A DNA stretch of 64,000 bases from an uncultured Gammaproteobacteria bacterium (GTDB lineage: Bacteria; Patescibacteriota; Microgenomatia; Daviesbacterales; UBA10151): NCBI GenBank assembly GCA_964446685.1, contig CAYUPO010000001.1, positions 38,912-102,911 on the forward strand, in the 5' to 3' direction. Shown piece after piece: positions 55,944-64,000 of the stretch. The notes below the pieces were generated by a model, which worked only from the letters and a program-made list of their open reading frames with translations, searched no databases and had not been told where the DNA came from. The translations under genes and the position numbers were made by a program. Numbering within the stretch: the first letter of the stretch is position 1; the number at the start of each line of letters is the position of its first letter.

Positions 55944-56857
55944 TTGATCAAAAAAGCTTCAGGATGTTCTTTGGAATAATCCCTGCATCCCATTGGGCAA
56001 TGAATAGTCTTTTTTCCGTCCAAACATTTTAAACAGGCAATAAAATGTCTATGGCAAAATTCATCTGTACAATTAATAAAATTTTCCGAAGAGTCACCGC
56101 ATTTAGCGCATTTTCCAATGATTTGTCTTGGTTTAGAAGTTTTTTCCCCAAAATGCATCACCATCCGGTTATCAAAGACGTATAAAGCTCCTTTAAAATC
56201 CTCATTGGGATATTCCTCCATGTAAGTCACGATACCTCCATATAACTGATAGACATTGGTAAATCCATGTTTAATTAAAAATCCTGAAGCTTTTTCACAT
56301 CTGACCCCACCGGTACAGACTGTCACAATCGGTTCATTTTTGGGAATATTTTCAAGTTGAGATAACATTTTTGGCAGATCTTCAGAATGCCCCATCTGCA
56401 TTAAGGTTGATCCTTCAAAATGGCCGACTTCCTGCTCAAAACCATTTCGCATATCAACTATATAAAACTTTTTGCCGGAATGAATCCACTGATGTAAATC
56501 TTTGGCTAAAATATATTTTCCGGTCGTTTCCCATGGTTTGACCTCACCTTCGCCCAGGCGATAGGCCACAATTTCGTTTCTAGTTTTAACAGATAACTTG
56601 GGAAATGCCATTCCATCACCATTACTGTATTTAAAATGGATGTCCTCAAAAATTGATTGTTCTTTCATCCAACTGACATATCTATCAACATCTTCTTTTA
56701 AGCCTTCCAGTGTGCCATTTATACCCTCATGAGCCACAATGATCCGACCTTTTAAATTGTGTTCTTTGCAAAATACTTTTTGAGCTTCCCTGATAAGATC
56801 AGGATTTTCTAAAGGTAAATATTTATAGTAAAGCAAAATTATAAAATTATTATTCAT
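55940..56857 (-). CDS. trhO: tRNA U34 hydroxylase TrhO (UPF0176 rhodanese)
   Basis: GRIIVAHEGINGT, DMRN.FE..VGHF, CTGGVRCEKAS, GALYVFDNR; start reassigned to 56857. Confidence 0.88.
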   Translation of the reverse strand: MNNNFIILLYYKYLPLENPDLIREAQKVFCKEHNLKGRIIVAHEGINGTLEGLKEDVDRYVSWMKEQSIFEDIHFKYSNGDGMAFPKLSVKTRNEIVAYRLGEGEVKPWETTGKYILAKDLHQWIHSGKKFYIVDMRNGFEQEVGHFEGSTLMQMGHSEDLPKMLSQLENIPKNEPIVTVCTGGVRCEKASGFLIKHGFTNVYQLYGGIVTYMEEYPNEDFKGALYVFDNRMVMHFGEKTSKPRQIIGKCAKCGDSSENFINCTDEFCHRHFIACLKCLDGKKTIHCPMGCRDYSKEHPEAFLIN

Positions 56858-56897
56858 AAGTGTGTATTGTACGAAGTTTTTAGCAATTTGTGAAGTT

Positions 56898-58559
56898 TTA
56901 CCAGCTGCCTCCGCCACCGCCTCCCCCGCCACCGCCGGATGATCCGCCGCCAGAAAAACCGGAAGATGAAGATGGAGCACTGGTTGTAAAGTTTGATTGC
57001 ATGGAAGACGCAAAAGCATATCTGGCTGCATAGAAATTGGAATTTCCGGAATACCAGCTGGGGTTATAATCTGGTGCAATATCTTTTAACTGATCCATAA
57101 ATTCATCTATGTGACCCAGGGCCATTGCATAAGGAATATATTTTTCTACCGTAATGGCATTTTTGACCTGAAAATTATAGTGTCGTTTCATATTTTTCAG
57201 AAAGATTTTTAAGCCATCAATCTGATTGTCTAACAAATCACCTTTTTCAGTTCGTCCATTCAACTTCTGCGAAAGAAATATTAAAACTGCTCCAAAAATA
57301 ATATTTAATGTCACAAGCCCGATGATCCCAAAAACCATTAATAATGACTTTTGCGACTTAGGGTTTTTTGTATACAGTTTTCTGTCGAGTAGGATTTGAA
57401 AACTCTTTGTTTCCAGACTTTGAAAGGTTGTATAAAATGTTTTAACTTCACTCAGTTTTTTTTCATTTCCTCCGCCTAAAAGCTTGTCCAAAAGAGTCAT
57501 TTCTACTACATTTAACTGGTTATCGAAATTTTTCAATTTAACAATTTTGTAATCATCTTTTCCTCCAAAAATACCCAACTTTTTCTTTCCTTCGATCTGT
57601 TCGATTTTAATATATTTTCTGATTGCCAGATCAAAAATAGTCGCCATAACATCATTTTGCTCAAGCTTGGTATTATCAATGATTCCTGCCTCAAGTGGTG
57701 TCACCACTTTGTGATCTAGTTTGGGAATATCAAAATTTACTGCGGGTTTTCCAAGCCGGGTTTTATTTTTATTTTTTAAATACCAGCGGATCAAAAAAGG
57801 GGTCACTATAATATTTAAAATGATCCAAACTAATCCATAAATTCCAAGAATTACTTTCCCGTCTTTACCAAGCAAAGGGGGATTTTCAACTAACTGAGAT
57901 TTAGGGAAGGTATTCACCGGAAAGGCAGTCACAACTGTCAGTCCTTCATTTTCCTCAAGTAGTTTAGTTGTAATTGTTTCAGATAAATTTTGTTTGATAG
58001 ATGATGAGCAATTTGAATCGTTAGATCCTGCTATACCTGTAAAACAAATTGTCTTTGTTGGAAAAGCATTAAAATCTGTTGTAATGGTGGCGGATACTTT
58101 TTCTATTGGTATATCCCATTTATTGCCGGTTATATTCCAGTAGATCTCATCATGATCTTCATAATTGCTGCCAATACCATTTTTCACCGTATAAACGATC
58201 TTATATGTATGAACTCCAAAAATGGTTCTATCAGCATCACCTATTTTGGTTTCAACTTCATCGGCTCCATAAGAGTTTTCGTGAGGTTCTTTTTTATTAT
58301 CCCGAAGCACTTCAGTAAATTTGATGTCAGAAACCCGGTAGAGGTTCCCCACAGAAGTATAGGTTGGGATAAATCGGTAAATCCCATGCCTATTATCACT
58401 ACCAAAATCATATTCAATAGTTTCAGTAATAGTCATCTCGCCGTTTTGGTGGGCGGTGATTTCGGTATTAAAGTTTTTGATTTTTTCCTGAGCCCGTACT
58501 GAGGTAGGTACCAAAAGAATTATAGCTAAAAGCAGAATAAAGGAGATTAAATGTTTCAC
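56898..58559 (-). CDS. DUF2207 membrane protein
   Basis: RHGIYRFIP, EIYWNITGNKW, YIPYAMALG, C-terminal GGGGGGGGSW. Confidence 0.92.
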   Translation of the reverse strand: MKHLISFILLLAIILLVPTSVRAQEKIKNFNTEITAHQNGEMTITETIEYDFGSDNRHGIYRFIPTYTSVGNLYRVSDIKFTEVLRDNKKEPHENSYGADEVETKIGDADRTIFGVHTYKIVYTVKNGIGSNYEDHDEIYWNITGNKWDIPIEKVSATITTDFNAFPTKTICFTGIAGSNDSNCSSSIKQNLSETITTKLLEENEGLTVVTAFPVNTFPKSQLVENPPLLGKDGKVILGIYGLVWIILNIIVTPFLIRWYLKNKNKTRLGKPAVNFDIPKLDHKVVTPLEAGIIDNTKLEQNDVMATIFDLAIRKYIKIEQIEGKKKLGIFGGKDDYKIVKLKNFDNQLNVVEMTLLDKLLGGGNEKKLSEVKTFYTTFQSLETKSFQILLDRKLYTKNPKSQKSLLMVFGIIGLVTLNIIFGAVLIFLSQKLNGRTEKGDLLDNQIDGLKIFLKNMKRHYNFQVKNAITVEKYIPYAMALGHIDEFMDQLKDIAPDYNPSWYSGNSNFYAARYAFASSMQSNFTTSAPSSSSGFSGGGSSGGGGGGGGGGSW

Positions 58560-58591
58560 CCTGTGATTATACTCCTGAATGAGAAAATGTT

Positions 58592-58921
58592 CTAGTTAAT
58601 ACCGAGGAGTTCAACTTCAAAAATTAAGGTTGAATTGGCAGGGATGATACTGACAGCCCGGTCTCCGTAAGCTAGTTCTGCTGGAATCGTTAATTTTCTT
58701 TTACTGCCTTTTTTCATGCCGATAACTCCCATATCCCATCCGGCAATTACATCTCCAACACCAATCTGAGTTTTAAAAGGAATACCTCTTTTTACTGAAC
58801 TATCAAAAACAGTTCCATCCTCTAACCAACCTGTGTAGTGGATTGTGACCTGGTCACCACTTTGAACCTCTTCACCTTCACCTGGAGCCAGTTCTTCAAT
58901 TTTGAATTTTGTATCAGACAT
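58592..58921 (-). CDS. FKBP-type peptidyl-prolyl isomerase
   Basis: HYTGWLEDGTVFDSS, VIAGWD, IPANSTLIFEVEL. Confidence 0.96.
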   Translation of the reverse strand: MSDTKFKIEELAPGEGEEVQSGDQVTIHYTGWLEDGTVFDSSVKRGIPFKTQIGVGDVIAGWDMGVIGMKKGSKRKLTIPAELAYGDRAVSIIPANSTLIFEVELLGIN

Positions 58922-59030
58922 GAAAAGATTTTAACCAATGATTTATATATTATCAAGTGTTTATATTTTTCGAGTGCAAACGAGAAATTACATTATTTTA
59001 AGGTATTTTCTCACTTAAGTTCGAAAAATA

Positions 59031-59990
59031 TTATTTTTGCTTTAACTGCTGAACTGTTTCTCTGACGTCTTCAACATTCTCTGCTTTCATCAGCTCTACT
59101 CTCATCTCAGATGCTCCGTCAAAATCGTGCAGGTAGGCTTTAAAAAACTTTTTTAAAATTGCAAAATGTTTTGTTTCACCCCAGACTTGATGAAAAAGTT
59201 CGGCATGTTTTAAAAGCAGATCTAGTCTTTCTTCAACTGTCGGCTGATATGTTTCTGGTTGTTTATTAAAAATATATTGGTCATGAAAAATGCCTCTGCC
59301 GATCATCACTCCATCTACTCCGGATTGCTTTATCTTGTTAAAAGCATCAGCGCTACTTATAACATCACCGTTACCAAGAATTACAGTATCCACACCCAAT
59401 TCATCTCTGATCTTAACTGCTTTGGCTATCTCATCCCATTTAGCTGGAAAATGGCTCATTTCTTTGGCAATTCGGCCATGAACTGTCAGACACTGGATAT
59501 CCTGCTTTAACAGGAAAGTGATCCATTCTTCTGTTTTCCATTCTTTGAAACCGCATCTGGTTTTAACGCTGACTGGTAAATCCCCTGCCCCATCTTTCAC
59601 AGCCTGAATTATCTGACCAGCTAATTCCGGATTATCTATCAAAGCACTACAGCAACCTCTTTTTGTAATACCTCTTTCAGGACATCCCATATTAATATCG
59701 ACACCGTCAAAACCTAGTTCTTTGACCATTGCCGCAACTTCCCTGAATGCTGCCAAATCTTTTCCCCAAATTTGGGCTATCAACGGCTTTTCATCTTCAG
59801 TAAATTTAAAACGGTTTATTACTTTGTCGGCTCCTTTTGATGTTAACCCTTCTACTGAAGTAAACTCTGTAAACATCACATCAGGTCTGGCGCATGATGT
59901 CACAATCCGCCTAAAAACAGTATCAGTCACTTCATCTAAAGGGGCTAAAGCAAAGATTGGTTTTGGTAATGTATTCCAGAAGTTTTTCAT
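59031..59990 (-). CDS. dus: tRNA-dihydrouridine synthase
   Basis: LAPLDEVTD, DINMGCP, VSVKTR, VHGR, GNGD, GVMIGRG. Confidence 0.93.
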   Translation of the reverse strand: MKNFWNTLPKPIFALAPLDEVTDTVFRRIVTSCARPDVMFTEFTSVEGLTSKGADKVINRFKFTEDEKPLIAQIWGKDLAAFREVAAMVKELGFDGVDINMGCPERGITKRGCCSALIDNPELAGQIIQAVKDGAGDLPVSVKTRCGFKEWKTEEWITFLLKQDIQCLTVHGRIAKEMSHFPAKWDEIAKAVKIRDELGVDTVILGNGDVISSADAFNKIKQSGVDGVMIGRGIFHDQYIFNKQPETYQPTVEERLDLLLKHAELFHQVWGETKHFAILKKFFKAYLHDFDGASEMRVELMKAENVEDVRETVQQLKQK

Positions 59991-60031
59991 ATTGTTAATT
60001 ATACCTAAAAAAGAAATTTAATGCCTATTTA

Positions 60032-60100
60032 TGTCATCCCGAGCGAGGTATCCGAGTTGAGGGATCCCTCCACTTCGCTTTCGCTTTGGTCGGGATGACA
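60032..60100. repeat. REP-like inverted pair
   Basis: TGTCATCCCGAGCGAGG...GGGATCCC...TCGGGATGACA. Confidence 0.8.
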
Positions 60101-60127
60101 AAGGGGTGTGATTCGCTGATTGCTTAA

Positions 60128-60544
60128 TTATCGGCAGTCTTTGCAGTAACCAAAAAATTCTAGTGAGTGATTGATAACTTTAAAATTATTTTGTTTTAAA
60201 AAACGGGCTTCTTCCTTTTCTAAATCTGTTTTTAGCTCAATATCTTCAACTTTGCGACAGTTTAAACAAATTAAATGATGATGATGTTTAAAATCTTCCA
60301 ATTCATATCTTTTCTGTCCTTCACCAAATTCAATCTCTTTAATAATATTCTCAGAAAGCAAAAATGTTAATTCCCGATAAATAGTTGTCTTGTTTACTCT
60401 TATTTCTTGGGTATGAAAAGATTCAATCAGATCGTTGGCAGATAATGGAACTTTTGAATCTATAAATCTTTCAACTATACCCAACCTGATCTTGGTAATT
60501 TTAAATCCTTTATCTCTTAATGTAGAAATGATCTGATTATCCAT
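60128..60544 (-). CDS. Fur/Zur-family transcriptional regulator
   Basis: TTIYREL, HHHHLICLNC, GYCKDC. Confidence 0.93.
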   Translation of the reverse strand: MDNQIISTLRDKGFKITKIRLGIVERFIDSKVPLSANDLIESFHTQEIRVNKTTIYRELTFLLSENIIKEIEFGEGQKRYELEDFKHHHHLICLNCRKVEDIELKTDLEKEEARFLKQNNFKVINHSLEFFGYCKDCR

Positions 60545-61289
60545 TATATTTATCTCCTTTTTCCCATTTTGCAGCAGTTAAAAAGGGCGCATAAATATCA
60601 TCCTCCAAAGATATTTTCATCTCCTCAATTTCCTCCTCTGAAGGGTTATTATCGACAAATTTCACAAATGGCAAATCTTCGATAATTGTTAATGGCTGCT
60701 GTTCCTGGCCTTCACCCATAAGTAAAGTTGCAGCAGCAGCTAAATTTTCGGCGATATTAACTTTTGTCATCACCAGTGCTCTACCAAAAATATCTTCTGT
60801 CCCTATCAGATCATGCAATGCTTTAAACCCGCTGTGTCCGATTGAGGTACCTGTTACTCCCCATTTGAGAGGCATCGTTTTACTATCTGTGATGATGACA
60901 CCAAGATTTTTAATATTAAATTTTTTTCTTAAGAAATCTCTAATTTTATTTGCACTATCATAAGAATTTTTAGGCCACAACACATAAAAACCATTACCAT
61001 TTGATTCATCTATCCCGGCACTGGCTGTCAGTAAATTATCCGTCACAGTCAAAGCAACATGGTATTTGTTTTTATCCCGGGGGATGAAATACTGTGATTC
61101 CTGTCTGATTAACTGATCTTTATCAGTTTCTTCTACTTTGACAACCCTGCCTTCACAAATTGCAACAATTTTAGAAGTTACAGCCACGATACTGCCTTCA
61201 TCCAAAGAAGTAATATATTTATCAATCACATCCAAAATATTTTTATCTGCAGTTGTGATTTTATGAGTTTTGATGGCACTAATTTTCAT
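60537..61289 (-). CDS. CofE/F420-ligase-family gamma-glutamyl ligase (possibly folate polyglutamylating)
   Basis: VTSKIVAICEG, ASAGIDESN, VIITDS, DIFGR, MGEG.EQQP; start reassigned to 61289. Confidence 0.87.
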   Translation of the reverse strand: MKISAIKTHKITTADKNILDVIDKYITSLDEGSIVAVTSKIVAICEGRVVKVEETDKDQLIRQESQYFIPRDKNKYHVALTVTDNLLTASAGIDESNGNGFYVLWPKNSYDSANKIRDFLRKKFNIKNLGVIITDSKTMPLKWGVTGTSIGHSGFKALHDLIGTEDIFGRALVMTKVNIAENLAAAATLLMGEGQEQQPLTIIEDLPFVKFVDNNPSEEEIEEMKISLEDDIYAPFLTAAKWEKGDKYNG

Positions 61290-61293
61290 TTTG

Positions 61294-61824
61294 TTAAATA
61301 AAATCGTATCTATAAAGTTGCGTACCAATGCTGTTCAAAGTAACTGGATATCCTAATTTTATTTGTTTTGGTTTTTGATCCCATGCTTCTAATTTTAACC
61401 CCTCTCCTAGTTTAACAGGTTCGACAGTTAATTGGGCTGAGGTCAACTTGTTTCCAAGAAGTAGATCGTTTGCCGGTCTACCGCTCACTACAACAATTTT
61501 TTCTTTTCCTTTTCCTACTAAATAATCAACTGCCTCATCCGCACTCATATTTGCAAATTCTAATTGCCCATCAACCTTATATTGCTGAAATCTTTCTGGA
61601 AAATGTGTTAAACCTAGTCTCAATAAATCTGGTCTAAGACCTTTTAAAATCCTCTCAATATTATCTCTAGCAGTATCAGCACCCATTAATGTGGCATCGG
61701 CTTCATCAAGCATTTTTTTGAATTCTCTTTGGTCTTCAACTGATGTTTTAAATCCTCCTTGGAGAGGTTTATAGAATCCATCCTTAGATACAGCAAAACA
61801 TAATATAACGTCAGGTTTTTTCAT
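61294..61824 (-). CDS. DHFR/RibD-C-like fold protein (divergent)
   Basis: AVSKDGF, EDQREFK, LMGADT, LTVEPVKLGEG. Confidence 0.7.
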   Translation of the reverse strand: MKKPDVILCFAVSKDGFYKPLQGGFKTSVEDQREFKKMLDEADATLMGADTARDNIERILKGLRPDLLRLGLTHFPERFQQYKVDGQLEFANMSADEAVDYLVGKGKEKIVVVSGRPANDLLLGNKLTSAQLTVEPVKLGEGLKLEAWDQKPKQIKLGYPVTLNSIGTQLYRYDFI

Positions 61825-61858
61825 TCTGCAAATTTAACAGATAGCGGGTTATTTGTAT

Positions 61859-61883
61859 AGATTCCCGCTTGCGTGGGAATGAC
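61859..61883. repeat. dRS3-like palindrome ATTCCC-N8-GGGAAT-GAC
   Basis: ATTCCCGCTTGCGTGGGAATGAC. Confidence 0.65.
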
Positions 61884-61900
61884 GATACGCTGGTGATGGT

Positions 61901-63316
61901 CTAAACTGCGTAGAGTATTTCCTGTTTTCTTTCCTGGATATCTATCGGGTATTCACCGGTAAAACTGGCGGTGCAGAACATAGTGGCGGGCAGACCAATG
62001 GCTTTTATTGTGCCTTTCAGAGATAAGTAATTTACTGAGTCTGCATCTAGCACTTTAGCTATTTCATCAACTGACAGATATGACGCTATTAGATCTTTTT
62101 GATTTGGCGTATCAATTCCGTAATAATCAGGATACTTTACCGGAGGAGAAGTGACTACGATATGGACTTCCAAGGCTCCAGCTTTTTTTAGCATTTGAAC
62201 CAGTTTTTTGGTGGTCGTTCCCCTGACAATAGAATCATCAACGATGATTATTCTTTTCCCTTTGATGACAGCTGGTATTGGATTTAGTTTCATTTTGACC
62301 CGGGATTCACGGAGTCTCTGATCCGGCATTATAAAAGTTCTTCCAATATATCTGTTTTTAATAAGTCCCATTTGAAAAGGAATGCCAGATTCCATTGAAT
62401 ACCCGATAGCTCCTGGAATACCAGTTTCCGGAACAGGAATAACTAAATCAGCTTTTATGGGATATTCTTTAGCCAAAGTTTTACCCATTTCCAGACGAGT
62501 TTGGTAAACATTTTTTCCTAATATATTTGAATCCGGTCTGGCAAAATAAATAAACTCAAAGATATCAATTTTTCTTTCTCCTTTGACCAGATTAAATGTT
62601 TTAAGTCCTTCTGAAGAGATCTCAACAATTTCACCCGGACCTACTTCCTGTAAAAAAGTTGCCCCAACTATATCCAGACCACAAGTTTCAGAAGAGATAA
62701 TAAATCCATTATCTAATTTGCCTATACATAATGGTCTGATGCCGCAGGGATCGACCGCTGCGACAATTTTTTCCTTATTCATCACCAGGATACAAAAAAC
62801 CCCTGTAAACAGGGGGTATGCTTTGGCTATTGCCTCTTCCAGGGGATCTCCCTGATGGACGAAATAATTAATTGCGTCATACATCATGCTGGAATCATTT
62901 GAATCAGCAACTGAGATTCCTTTGCTGGTTAGAAAATCTTTCAGTCGGGTGAGAGAAGGTAAATTACCGTTGTGAACTAAAGATAAATTTTCACCTTTAT
63001 TGTGGATTGGTTGAATAAAACAGTGTTCTTTGCTTCCGCCTGATGTTGAATATCTGTTATGGCCGATTGCCATGGATCCCTGAAGGTGACCAAAGTCTTC
63101 TTCTTTATAGACCTGACTGACCAGTCCAAAATCTTTGTGAACATGCATCTTGCCATTAACAGCGGCAATGCCTGAAGCTTCCTGGCCACGGTGCTGCAGT
63201 GCCTGGAGACCTAAATAACAGTATCTGGAAGCATTTTCTAAATTAAAAACCCCAAAAATGCCGCACTTCTCTCTTGGTTTATCAGATTTAATATCATCCA
63301 GATCGTCAGAATTCAT
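61901..63316 (-). CDS. purF: Amidophosphoribosyltransferase
   Basis: EKCGIFG, LQHRGQE, GHNRYST, HNGN, FEFIYFARPDS, VDDSIVRGTT; start reassigned to 63316. Confidence 0.96.
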   Translation of the reverse strand: MNSDDLDDIKSDKPREKCGIFGVFNLENASRYCYLGLQALQHRGQEASGIAAVNGKMHVHKDFGLVSQVYKEEDFGHLQGSMAIGHNRYSTSGGSKEHCFIQPIHNKGENLSLVHNGNLPSLTRLKDFLTSKGISVADSNDSSMMYDAINYFVHQGDPLEEAIAKAYPLFTGVFCILVMNKEKIVAAVDPCGIRPLCIGKLDNGFIISSETCGLDIVGATFLQEVGPGEIVEISSEGLKTFNLVKGERKIDIFEFIYFARPDSNILGKNVYQTRLEMGKTLAKEYPIKADLVIPVPETGIPGAIGYSMESGIPFQMGLIKNRYIGRTFIMPDQRLRESRVKMKLNPIPAVIKGKRIIIVDDSIVRGTTTKKLVQMLKKAGALEVHIVVTSPPVKYPDYYGIDTPNQKDLIASYLSVDEIAKVLDADSVNYLSLKGTIKAIGLPATMFCTASFTGEYPIDIQERKQEILYAV

Positions 63317-63461
63317 GAGGAGAAAAGAAAAAAAGGCAATTAGCCTTTCTTGCTTAAGATTACTCTCAATCATATCTATTTTCAACCCCGCAAATGTCAG
63401 GTCTTTGTCTGAAACAGACTATCTCTTGCATTTGCGAATACTTTTTCAATATAGTAAGCCC

Positions 63462-64000
63462 ATGAATAATCAAAAACCCCGAATGGTGAACAAGATTAGT
63501 TATGCTTCATCCGGAGTTCAATATGAACTACTGGATCCGATCAAAAAATTAGCTCAAAAAAGTGCATTGGCTACAAAAAAATTAATGGCACCGGCAATAG
63601 AAATTTCTGCCAGTCGCGGAGAATCAGCTTATGTCTGGGATGAAGGGAATGCTTACAAAGCCTTTGTTATTGAAGGCCTGGGAACAAAAAATCTGGTCGC
63701 AGATGAAATGGAAAGATTAACAGGTAGAACTTATTACCATGCAATTGCTCAGGATACTGTAGCAATGATCGTAAATGACATTATTGTGGTTGGAGCAAAA
63801 CCTCAGGTCATAAATGCTTACTTTGCAGTTGGTGATTCAAATTGGATGAGTAATCAACCACGAGCTGAAGCACTTATCAGAGGTTGGGCTGATGCTTGCA
63901 GATTATCTGGCGCAACCTGGGGTGGTGGTGAGACTCCCACACTGAAGGATATTATTTATCCTGAAACAATTGATTTGGGTGGTTCTTGTATTGGAACAAT
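63462..64000 (+). CDS. purM: Phosphoribosylformylglycinamidine cyclo-ligase (partial)
   Basis: Hand translation: ISYASSGVQY...EGLGTKN...QDTVAMIVNDII.VGAKP...GGGETP; preceded by TTGCAT, 18 nt, TATAGT, 6 nt. Confidence 0.9.
   Translation, partial: MNNQKPRMVNKISYASSGVQYELLDPIKKLAQKSALATKKLMAPAIEISASRGESAYVWDEGNAYKAFVIEGLGTKNLVADEMERLTGRTYYHAIAQDTVAMIVNDIIVVGAKPQVINAYFAVGDSNWMSNQPRAEALIRGWADACRLSGATWGGGETPTLKDIIYPETIDLGGSCIGT

Noticed and set aside
56858-57079. N-terminal extension of TrhO in the ORF track
   Set aside because: It overlaps the DUF2207 3' end in another frame; the ATG at 56857 has its own TACAAT box.
1401-63189. Remaining short overlapping ORFs in the track (60-130 aa)
   Set aside because: They are antisense or out-of-frame shadows of well-supported genes, with no motifs or initiation signals.
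63317-63461. Purine, ZTP or PRPP riboswitch between purF and purM
   Set aside because: No consensus elements recognised, and the space is largely taken up by two promoters.
1-64000. tRNA, rRNA, prophage, DGR/retron or defence system
   Set aside because: No cloverleaf or rRNA-like segment seen by eye. No reverse transcriptase, integrase, capsid or nuclease-ATPase motifs in the ORFs. A covariance-model scan was not possible.

Overview
An AT-rich, gene-dense bacterial window. The gene content and style suggest a Patescibacteria/CPR (Microgenomates-like) chromosome, but that is inferred from style, not from a marker gene. I found no rRNA, tRNA, CRISPR array, integrase or transposase. Main blocks: (1) MliC-like protein, DipZ, fasciclin and MarR (1-3.9 kb). 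(2) A 16-kb surface-glycan locus: a processive GT2 fused to a degenerate Dol-P-Man-synthase-like domain, a flippase, three more GT2s, a pyruvyltransferase, three paralogous GT-C enzymes, two clan GH-A hydrolases and a CAP protein. (3) Peptide-tagging genes: a DUF1704/MATCAP-like peptidase convergent with a RimK-like ligase, and a 7TM protein next to an ATP-grasp/RimB-like protease fusion. (4) A flavinylation and electron-transfer module (FMN-binding protein, ApbE, RnfD/NqrB-FNR fusion) with a two-component system and a candidate CTCAG-N6-CTCAG operator. (5) Housekeeping and metabolic genes: murJ, mscL, DEAD-box helicase, two GH13s, AlkD, trhO, FKBP, dus, fur, CofE-like ligase, DHFR-like, purF and purM. 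Intergenic DNA carries nested REP-like palindromes, heptamer-periodic hairpin elements and many leaderless-type promoters. All family calls come from motif recognition; no database search was run.
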